From Geosiphon pyriformis uo1 (taxonomy: Eukaryota > Fungi > Glomeromycota), in NCBI GenBank assembly GCA_016748015.1, contig JAAOMT010000697.1, forward strand, positions 887,152 to 951,151: DNA of 64,000 bases, read 5' to 3'. Under the pieces are notes generated by a model. The model was not told the origin of the DNA and searched no databases. It saw only the letters and a program-made list of their open reading frames with translations. The translations under genes and the position numbers were made by a program. Shown piece by piece: positions 22,844 through 33,537 of the stretch (the first letter of the stretch is position 1; each line of letters starts with the position of its first letter).

Positions 22844-25800
22844 GTGACAGAATCAGAAATAATAGGAACAAACCATCTAGGATTTGCAAAATCCTTATTT
22901 CAACAGTACAGCCAGCAGCTAAGCCTAAACAACAACCATTACCCAGTAGAATCAGCTTTCAACTTCTACATCAACGAAAGAATTACAGATTTCCTAAGAA
23001 GACCAGTTAACATTGAATCAGTAAGAGAAAATTTCTATTCGGAACTAATTCAACATACCAACTTACCCAAAAATCACAGCTTTGCACCCATCATCAGAGA
23101 AATCAACCAAGAAATTGAAAGATATACACAAAAGACATTCCCTATTACTTACCAGGACAAAGGCAAAGGAAAACTACAAACACCAGCAGTAATATCCAAA
23201 GGAATACAAATTTCTAACTGAAAGAAACAAAGAATTGAATCTCTAATATACTCATTATACCATCACACACCTAGAAGTACCATCAACATTGCATCAATAG
23301 ACACGTCTACTAGTACAAAAACGTTGCTAGCAAGAATTGCATTTCAGAGTAAACAAAAGAAAAACGAACTATTAGGAGCATATGGTGATTATTTTGAAGG
23401 ATTTAAATTGAGATTGCCAACACCATCAGGATTTCGATCACCACCTCATTAGCCAGATTTCGGAACCATCAGTCACTGGGAAATTACTGAATCAGAAGAA
23501 GATGAAGACGAGAATCAGGAATTTAATTACCAAAACCTGGTCCTAGAAGACCCAAACATTCAAACACAGCAACATTTAGAAAATTCGGAAATCAAAACTC
23601 CAAATATTTGAACTCCACCAAATCAAAGAAATCAAAACCCCGAGTTAATTCAGCAGCAAAATCTACTTTCAGTTATTGTCATCAATCAACCACCAATTGA
23701 GCCAATTAGTAAACCAATTCAACCACCTCAAGTACCACCCCAACAACTGTTATCTCTTCAACAACCACTTCAACAGCCACCACAACCACCCAACTTAGAT
23801 CCAATGGTCTACACACCAATCACAAAACTTGACAACTTTACTGGCGAAGAGGATGACACTCAAGTATAGCTGAATGATATAGAAAAGACCATCACAGCCA
23901 ATGGATGGAATGATGTCTAAGCAATACAAGCCATTCCCTACTTTCTCAAGGATACTGCCAATTCATAGTACCAGAGCTTGATTAATAAACCACAAGATTT
24001 TGATGCCTTCAAAGTGGAATTCTTAAGATACTTCAGCAACAATAACAGCATCAATTGCCTAGTCAACACATTCACCACCATGAAACAAGAAAAAACTGAA
24101 GCAGTTACCACTTATCTGGGATGCTTCTATTGAAATCTGCGCCAAATTCAAGCAATTGACACCAACTACTTTACAGCACCACAGATTCTCAACCAGTTTA
24201 TCCATAGTCTGTGCAGCAACATCTTGAAACATGTACGGCCATTGTATTTAGGCACCCTTTAAGATGCAGTCACACATGCCAGAGATTTTGAATCCACTGA
24301 GTCAGAAGCTAACCACACCCAAGCTGTTAATCTAGTAATGAATGGATCATTTAAATTGGATTCCAAATTGGAGAAGTTCAGTGAATCAATTAATAAGAGA
24401 TTGGAAGGATACTTAGCCGACAATCATGTCATTTATCAGCCTTCACAACGACACAATAATCAAGGAAACTCTAATTGTGGCCAAAATCAATCATGTCTAT
24501 CTTCATTAACCAATCAACAGTGGCAACAGGAAACACATATCTGCCACTATTGTGGTAAACAAGGACATATCTAAATTGACTGTCACCAGCGTTTAAATAA
24601 CCAATGATTGAAAAATCAAAATTGAAACCTTAATCGCCAGTTCCAAACTCCAAATTAGTACCCAAATCAAAACCAACCCGCTTACCTACCAGTGATGCAG
24701 TCATCAGTCTATTAATCTCCAGTGTATCAAGCTCCAATCTATCAACCACAGCCACAAGTAATTTATTAACAACCACAGCCACAAATAATTTATTAACCCC
24801 AACAAATCCAAACACCACCCCAAAGCTTATCACCCAATGAAATCCAAAGACCAAGAATGACTCAACAGAGCTGGAAATTGGTGATGGTAGTCCATCAACT
24901 GATCTCCAGTTCTTCACAGCAACCATCTGGATTATGCCAGCGGAATTTGGGTGCTGGTCAACCCCAGAACCCAAATTCCCAAAACTATTTAAGTCTTTTG
25001 GTCATTTCAAAAGACACCTCAACCAATAATCTGACATTTGTCCAAAAACAACCACTCACCAGTAATATCCCATCTGCTACCATCACTGAAGATGAGTCTT
25101 TGGCTGTTATATTCCCATTCGAATTCGAGGAAACAACTACAATGCCATTATTTAGTGGAGCTGCTCTTGAAGTCAAACCAATTACCACAATGTACACTGA
25201 TACCAAAGTTGAGAGACAATCCATCAAATTGATCCTTGACAGCAGTTCAGCAGGCAGCATCATCACATGACAACTCATGGATCAATTAGATTACCGAGTT
25301 GATTGAGCTGCCAGCGCCAGAATCATCACAGCCGATGGAGCGACCAAAACTTCAATTAGCAAAATTGATAACTTCCCTTTCGAAGTCAATGGCATCATGA
25401 CTTCCATTAAAGTTCTAGTGATGGAAGCCACCCAATACTAAGCTCTCGTTGGTAATGACTGGCTATCCAAAGTCAATGCAATGTTAAACTGGAACACCCA
25501 GAAACTCCAGCTAATATATCAGGGCCAACACATACATATACCAGTCATGTGTGGCCATTTTAAGACTCCTCCAAGAGAAAAACTATTGATTGAACTGGAG
25601 GAGGAGAAAAAAAAACCTACCTGGAAAGCTTACCAAGTCTCCTGGACTGATGCTGACTACAACAAACTACTATCAATACTCTCATGGAACAACAACCCTA
25701 AGAGAAAGCAAAAAGAGAAACTGACCTGGGAAATAGATGATTTGACCTGGACCAACAACGAACAAGAAGAACCATCGAGTTGGAAGTGGAAAGAAGAAAA

Positions 25801-28800
25801 GAGAAAAGGAAAAGAGAGGGAGGAAGAAAACACTTAAGCCAACAACACTTATATCCCATACACCTATGGTCAACAACAATCATCAACCTATCGCTGACCC
25901 AAACTGATATGCATTGATTGTGGCAAGAAATTGTCATCAATAGGTGCATACTGTGATGACGTGAAGAATATCAGACGGCAACCAAGTTCTATTGCCGCAC
26001 ATGCCGTGTCGAACGTTTTGGAAGACCAAAATGAGTGGAAAAATGAGATAATACACCATGTATAATTTGTAGAAAAACTTTTCTCAACAAAGGAATATGG
26101 AACGACATTCCGGGGAGAGGAGGAATGTGTGACATGTCTTGCCAATACATGATTCTCATCAGTGACTGGGTCGAAAAAAAAACATCCATAAAAGCTGTCT
26201 GAAAAAGAGCTGTACAGCGATTGGACAGTTATCCACATGACGACAATGAATTATGGCAGATGGCAATCACCAAAATTAAAGGCGCGCCACCAGAAAAAAT
26301 CAGGACAATTAAAAACAACCCACCAGAACCCATCGAGCTTGACTGGAACGCAGGGCCAGTCATAAATTTTCTGGAACTAAAAGAGTTCTATGAACACTAC
26401 CAAAACTTGGCACCCACTAGAGAAGAGCAAAAACAATGGCTAGCACAGTTAAATACAAGACTGTGTCGCCATTGTTTAATTCTCAGTGACTTTGAATATT
26501 GTGACAATTGTGACCTCATTTACAATCCACCATCATGCATGATCTACACAATCCCTAAAGAAGAAGAACCAATTAGCAGCTGTGCATCAGAATCAGAATC
26601 ACTGATCAATCGCGATCCAAACTCCAATGATGACGACAAAAACACCGGTTCCAGCTCTGTTCAAAATGGCAATGACAACAAAGATGATTCAAACTCCGAT
26701 TTAAACTATGAACAATACATTACACTACCAGATCTCTCCAAGGAACAAGAGTTGAAATGGTATAGTGACAATGGGGAAGGTATTATGCCAAAATGTGTGC
26801 ATAATACTAATGCAGGGTTTGATCTGAGGTATTCAGGAAAAGAGGCCATTAAATTGGAACCACATTCACGCACCTGTATTGATCTGAAAGTAGCACTAGA
26901 AATTCTGGCAACAACAATGGTTCAATTAGCATCTAGGAGTAGTTTAGTGAAAAGAGGGATTAATATAAGAGAAAGAATAATTGATGCGGGATATGTAGAA
27001 AATATCATCGCTATGCTACAAAATGACTCAGAAAAAGCCAATATAATAGAGCCCAATGAAAAGATAGCACAGGCAATATTTCTGCCTCTGGTTAAAGTAG
27101 CTCAGTTAGTGTCAGTGGGAAAAAGAGAGGAATTAGGAATAACAGTGAGAGGAATACAGGGATTTGGATCAACAGGTAGAATAGATGTACCAGCTAATAT
27201 GGCAGAAGAAAAAATTGTTGGCCAAGGAGAAATTATCTCAACTGGTCAAGCTATTTCCATTTCACCATATAACCAGTACATGCTAGCAATAGAAAGGAAG
27301 GAAAAAACTCAAGCACAAATTTTTGAAGCAGAAGCCAGTCTTTGTGAATTAGGAGAATTTGAACTTATCAATCTCTACATACCAGCTAAAGATTACAGCC
27401 ACATCAAAATTCCCATCTACAACAATACAGGAAATGTTATAGAAATACCAGCCAGAACTATTATTGAATACTTAAACACTAAAATGGAGAATCAACCACC
27501 AAACTTCATTTCAGACTTTCCACAACTTTGTGGATATGTTGATATCACATCACAAACAATATACGGACGAAGTGAATGTTATTTGCTTCAACCAGAACAA
27601 TTGGAACAATTGAACATGGGAAACTTAAATCCACTCCAATGTATGCAACTCAAGATGTTGCTCAACCAGTTCAATGACATCTTTGCCAGTGAAAATAAGT
27701 TTGGCCGAACCAACATCATTCAGCATCAGATCAAAACTGAAGATGCAATGCCAATTAAACAAAGAGCATACAGAGTGCCACCAGCTAGCCACAAGATTAT
27801 TCATTAAGAGATAAACCGAATGCTTGACAATAAGCTAATTCAGCCATCAATGAGCCCATGGTCATCACCAGTGGTATTCATCCATAAGAAAAATGAAAAG
27901 ATTTAATTTTGTGTGAACTACAGAAAACTCAATGGTGTAACTCGTGGAGACAGCTATCTAACTCCATAGATACAGGAATTATTCGATGCTTTTGGTGGAA
28001 ACAAATGGTTCTCAATGTTAGACTTAGATAGTGGTTACTGGCAAGTAGCCATGGATTCAGCTGACAAAATGAAGACAGCATTTACCATGAGAGAAGGGAA
28101 TTTTGAATTTGAAGTAATGCCATTTAGTTTAACCAATGCACCAGCCACTTTTCAACAGCTAATGGAAATCATTTATATTGGCTTATTGTGGAAATCAGTA
28201 GTTGTATACTTGGATAACACCAACATATTCTCAAAAACATTTGATGATCATCTTCATCATCTTCAACAAGTGTTTGAAAGACTAAGAAGAGGAGAGCTAA
28301 GGTTAAATGCAACAAAGTGCTTCTTTGGCAAGACAGAGCTAAAATTCTTGGGACACATAGTTAGCAAAGACGGCATCAAAACAGATTCAGAGAAAATAGA
28401 GATAGTAAAGAACTTTCTAGTGCTGACCAATATGACAAAACTGAAATCATTCTTGGGATTTGCCAACTACTATCAATGTTTTATCAAGAACTTTTCCAAG
28501 ATAGCACAGCCACTCAACCAACTGCAAACCAAGAATACCAAATATGAATGAGCAGAAAATCAACAAAAAGCTTTTGACATTTTGAAAAAAAAGCTCATTT
28601 AAGCTCCAGTACTAATTTATCCAGATCACAGCAAACCATTCATCATCACCACCGATGCATCTGGCCAAGCATTGGAAGCAGTATTATCTCAGAGAGGACC
28701 AGATGGCAGAGAACATCCAATAGCATATGCCAGCAGAAGTTTAACACCAGCCGAAAAGAACTATGGAACACTGGAACAAGAACACTTAGCAATATACTGG

Positions 28801-29010
28801 GCAGTTATGAAATGGAAAGAATACTTGAGCCAGAAGTTTGAAGTATACACAGATTACAAGGAATTAACATCACTCCAAAAACAAGAATTTGGAGATAGAA
28901 GACAGTCAAGATAGAAAATGGCACTCACATCATACAATTATACTATACATTACAAAAAAGGAAAAGACAATGGAAATGCTAATGGTTTGTTATGAATAAA
29001 ACAAATCTAA
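22844..29010 (+). pseudogene. pol: gag-pol of gypsy B (~2050 codons, single consensus frame): extension, capsid, CCHC, protease, Cys-rich, dUTPase, dUTPase-like, RT, RNase H
   Basis: CHYCGKQGHI.IDC (~24541), ILDS(G)SAGSII (~25230), dUTPase ~26780-27180, YLD(D/N) 28207-28218, RNase H TDASG/AYAS/YTD. Many transition-generated stops and a 1-nt deletion near 25962. Confidence 0.93.
26780..27180 (+). pseudogene. dut: dUTPase domain of gypsy B
   Basis: All five trimeric dUTPase motifs: AGFDL, ASRSSL, IIDAGY, EKIAQAIF, RGIQGFGSTG. Confidence 0.92.
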
Positions 29011-29072
29011 GAACATTTTAACACAAAAATAGAACAAAACCAGAACAATACCAACGAAAAATATAACAAAAG

Positions 29073-30455
29073 ATGAACATACAAAAATATCAACAACTTT
29101 AACATTATATAAACACTCAACAGTTCAAGGAGAATTTATCTCAAATGGAACAAAAGAGTATCAAACAACAATCAAAATATTTTATCACTCACCAAAATAT
29201 ATTTTATCAGAAAAATAGAAAAGATCCAGATCAACCAACCAAAGTAATTACAGAACCAGAAAAAGAGACAATATTATTCAACATGTACTCAAATCCAACA
29301 ACAGGACATTTTCACAAAGAAGCAACCATAGAAAGAACCAGAAAAAGATACTATTGGCCATCAATGTATCCAGACATCATCCAATATGTTCAAAATTGTG
29401 ATGCTTGTTAGCAAAGAGGAGGTATGAAACTCAGTGAACCATTAAGACCAATTAAAGTAGGACAACCATTCGACCGTGTTGGAATTGATCTAGTCGGACC
29501 ATTAACAATCACCAGCGGAGGAAACAGGTACATAGCAGTAGCCATGGACTATCTCACTAAATGGCCAGAGGTGAAAGCAATTCAAAGAGTGGATACAGAA
29601 TCCGTTGCCGAATTCGTTCATCAGGATTTGATCTGTTGACATGGATGTCCAAAAGAATTATTATCTGACCAAAGAACTCATTTTGTGAACAAAACATTAA
29701 CAGAATTGAGCCAAAGATTCGGAATTAAGAGACCACTATCATCACCATACCATTTACAAACCAATGGATTAGTCGAAAGATTCAACAGAACATTGTGTGA
29801 AACAATAGCTAAATTCAGCCAAGAAAACCAGAATAATTGAGACTTATTTATACCTTCAGTATTATTTGCTTATCAGACAAAGAAGCAAGATACAACACAA
29901 GCAACACCATTCAAATTAGTATACAGTAGAACAGCAACATTACCAGTAAAGAGAGAAATTAATACATATCTAGCTGAACCAATAACAGAGGAAAATTTTC
30001 AAGAAACATTGCTAAGAAGAACATATGACTTAATGAAAACATTGAAAAACAAATGAAAAAGAGCAGCTGATAATATTCAAAAGTCACAAGAGAAACAGAA
30101 AAAAAGACACGATAGTCAACTACTAAACAAATCAGTTGAATTCAAGATTGGAGACAAAGTACTCTCACATCGTACCAAAGCAGAAAAACAATGAAGTGGA
30201 AAATTTGACTCCAAATGGGATAAACCATTTCACATAGAAGAAATTCTAGGGAATAGAGCTTACAAATTAAGACTGGATAACAAAATTTTAACCAAAGCAG
30301 CACATAGAGATCGACTGAAACCATACCACAACATTATATTACTATCTACCAGTAATATTCCACAATTAGGAGTACAGAGAATACTAGTCCAACCAAATAA
30401 GATTCCATGAGATCTGAAACCAATTGTGATTATCAACAACAACACATTAAATTGA
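29073..30455 (+). pseudogene. Stand-alone integrase ORF of gypsy B (461 codons)
   Basis: ATG lies 62 nt after the RNase H TAA and in another frame. Contains GHFH..YYWPSM..CDAC, GIDLVGP, DYLTKWPE and ERFNRT. GPF module, no chromodomain. Confidence 0.9.
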
Positions 30456-30479
30456 TCCATAAAAAGAATATATAAAGAC

Positions 30480-31139
30480 ATGGTAGATGTAACAGAAAAT
30501 ATCAGAAAAATGGAAATTACAGACAACATTCACTTACTAGCACAACAACTCTTTCAATTGATCCAACACCAAAAAATGGAGATTACAATCAATCAACAAA
30601 CTATTCGATATCAAAATACTAGAAAGACATTGCAATCCAGAACACAGAAGAAAACTGAAAATAAGGTGGACAAAATTATTGTGAAAGTAAAATTAGCAAT
30701 AAAAAAGTCAACAAAAGAGTCACTATATCAAGAGTTGACTAAAGAAATTTGGAATTGGTGGATACAACAATTTCCATGAAACTATTGTTATTTTTATTTG
30801 GGACAACATGTAAATATCCAAAATCTATATATGGATAAAACAAAGCGATTATTCGACAAGAGAATACTACAACAATTAGAACATTTTGTGGAAAAGAACA
30901 ACTTATTTACACATGCCCGAGCCATATACCAAATACACACAGCATTTTAGGATAGACCAGAAATATTACTCAACCAAGTAATAGATATGGTTACCAGTAA
31001 TCAATTGGGAAAGATTACCAATGCTCAATTTGAAGAATTACAGACCCAAATAACACAAGTAATTCTTGAAAACAAAATCCAAGAAATACTTCAAGAGGGA
31101 AAATTAAATGAGTTGAATTTCAACAGAGCTCAATATTAA
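30480..31139 (+). pseudogene. ORF3 of gypsy B (219 aa, unknown function, env position)
   Basis: ATG 30480 to TAA 31139 with one CGA>TGA-type internal stop; conserved in A and C. Confidence 0.8.
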
Positions 31140-31152
31140 AAGAAGCGAATAA
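31140..31152 (+). promoter_or_regulatory. Polypurine tract of gypsy B
   Basis: AAGAAGCGAATAA immediately before the 3' LTR. Confidence 0.7.
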
Positions 31153-32025
31153 TATTATTCATAGAAATATAGAAAATATATTAGTATGATTATTAGCCAG
31201 TTAGAAGTAGACGTAGTAAATGTGGAATTCCAGAATTCCTCTCAGGAATTGCAGAATTCCAGGAATTTCAGGATTCTCCAATGAGGAATCGCAGGATTCC
31301 AGAATTTCAGGATTCTTCTTAAAGGAATCACAAGATTCCAGGAATTCTAGAATTCCCATCATAAAGAATTGAGGAATTGGGGAATCTCAAATATGTATAT
31401 ATAGCAGTAGTGGTAGAAACAGAAAAAACAGAATTGATACCACAGAATCCTTAGCCTAAAAACAAATCATCAAATAAATAATTATTTCATATCTCAATTC
31501 ACTCTCCACTATTAACACTTCATGTTGATAGTAATTGATACTTAACTATGCTGGAACAATAGCTCTTGATCACGGCTATTGATGAGATACTAACATACCA
31601 AATTGTCTTGGCTTATTTTCCCTATTTTCTTTATTTTTATTTTCTTTATTTTATTTTCTTTCTTTTTTTTGATTTTGTTGTTGTATACTAATTGATTAAA
31701 AGATTAAGCACTAAGTTATTGACGTCAAGGATAGCCTGGTAAAAGACCCAGAAATAAGGGTAGAATTTTATATATTATCGGATAGCTTACCAGAAGAGCA
31801 CAACTGCCAGACTAAATCCGGCCACCATGCTGAGAAAGAAATTGGGAAAACTCTTGGAAAGATACATCTACTATCAACACTATTAAATCTCTGTCCATTA
31901 TACAAAAGACTTCAACAAAATCTTCAAATACAATACTTGCAGAATCTCATTCACAGAAATAGCTTTTAAGCACCAAGTTACAGGTTTGTTATTTAATTCA
32001 ATAGCAGAAATAATCACCTATAACA
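31153..32025 (+). repeat. 3' LTR of gypsy B
   Basis: TATTATTC (decayed TGTTACTC)...TATAACA, followed by TSD TCGC. Confidence 0.93.
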
Positions 32026-32029
32026 TCGC

Positions 32030-32598
32030 AATTTAAATCCTTCAAAGTATTTGCCATATGGTCCTAATAATTCTGTTTTTCTTTGGTTACTTTGGAATGG
32101 GAATCATCCAAATGCTGATGTCGCATTTGATGTGGACGCACCTGTTGATAAAATGTTGATGGCACTTCTGAGTGTATAGTGATAAGATAGATTGGTTGAT
32201 GATTCAACCCTTGTCTTTTTCCAAGTAGGTAGTTGTATTTTTTTGGGAGTTACTGCTGGTGTTTGTAGTTTTCCTTTGCCTTTGCTAGCATATGTAATTG
32301 GATATCTTTGTTGGGTGTGATGTTCAATTTCTTTGTTGATCTCAGTAATAATAGATGCGAAATTATGATTTGTTGGTAGGTTGGTGTTTTGAATTAATTC
32401 TCTGTAGAAAGTTTTCTTTGCTGATTCCGTATTCATTGGTGTTCCTAACAAAGAAGAAATCTTTTTGTTGACATAGAAATTAAAGGCTGATTTGGCAGAT
32501 ATATGATTGGGGTTTAATTCCAAGTATTGACAATAGTGTTGAAATAAAGATTTTGCGAATTCTAAATGGTTTGCTCCTATATTTTCTAATTCTGCCAC
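32030..32598 (-). pseudogene. gag: gag N-terminal extension of gypsy A
   Basis: ORF 32104-32598 is homologous to B 22844-23221 and joins 21255 across B. Confidence 0.88.
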
Positions 32599-32660
32599 TT
32601 TTGGATGGTGTTTGTTGGTGCTGGTTCTCTGTAAGATTATACCTCACAGGAAGCATCAAA

Positions 32661-33533
32661 TGTTACAAGTGATTATTTGAGGTCTTAGGTCAAATATCAA
32701 ACCTGTAACTTGGTGTTCAAAACTACTCATGTTGTTAATAATATCTTTAAGTGGTTGGTATCTGAAGGTTTTTCAAATGAGTCTTTTGTATAATAAACAG
32801 AGATTCAATAGTTGTTTTATCTGTAACTTCTCAAACTCACAAGTCTGTCAATTTTTTTCTTGGCTTGGTGGCCAGCAATCTTCTGATAAGTAATCCGTAT
32901 TTTCTGTATGTGTTTTACCCACTTGCAGGGGTCTTTTACCAGGCAATTCTTGATGTCAGTAATTAGCACTTTTAATCAATTGGTTAGTGCACAATAACAA
33001 AATCACAGAAAATAAAGAAGTAAAGAAATATAAAGAAAAATAAAAGAGAAAATAAGAAATAAGCCAAGATGATTTGCAAGTTAGTATCCCGTCAATAGCC
33101 ATGATCAAGAACTATTGTTCCAGTGTGGTTAAGTATCAATTACTATCAACATGAAGTGTTGATAGTGAAAAGTGAATTTAATATGGTGAATAATTATTTA
33201 TTTGAGGATTGTGGTAACTAAGCTAAGAATTCTTGGTGTTGATTCTGTCTTTTTTGCTTTTAACACTACTGCTATATATACATATTTGAGATTTCTCAAT
33301 TCCTTAATTCCTTGCAACAAGAATTCTAGAATTCCTGGAATTCTGCGATTCCTGATGAAAAGAATCTTGGAATTCTGCAATTCTGTAATTCCTTGTCAGA
33401 AAATCCTGAAATTTCTGGAATCCTGCAATTCCTCTGAGAGGAATCTTGGAATTTCACATTTACTATGTCTACATCTGATTGGCTAATATCTACTGACTAA
33501 TAATACTATATTTCTTATATTCTATGAGTAACA
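32661..33533 (-). repeat. 5' LTR of gypsy A
   Basis: Direct repeat of 12461-13333, adjacent to the PBS. Confidence 0.93.
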
Positions 33534-33537
33534 ATGC

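Larger units (their letters stand above)
21256..32025 (+). mobile_element. Ty3/gypsy LTR retrotransposon copy B (full-length dUTPase family)
   Basis: LTRs at 21256-22781 (with insertion J) and 31153-32025, TSD TTGC/TCGC, PBS, PPT and all domains in order. Confidence 0.95.
12461..33533 (-). mobile_element. Ty3/gypsy LTR retrotransposon copy A (full-length dUTPase family), split in gag by element B
   Basis: 873-bp LTRs at 12461-13333 and 32661-33533. TSD ACAT/ATGC; an ancestral ACGC restores the host frame S-D-A-Y-T. PBS 32642-32658, PPT ~13334-13346. Confidence 0.92.

Noticed and set aside
25955-25970. Programmed gag-pol frameshift in B
   Set aside because: It is a 1-nt deletion specific to B; A and C are continuous here.
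26221-27807. 528-aa ORF as a host dUTPase gene
   Set aside because: It is an internal pol fragment between decay lesions, inside LTRs and repeated in A and C.
30130-30455. Chromodomain at the integrase C-terminus
   Set aside because: Only a GPF/SH3-like module and a short tail; no Y-x-VKW-type chromodomain motif.
30480-31139. ORF3 as an env gene
   Set aside because: Too short, with no visible signal peptide, furin site or transmembrane segment.
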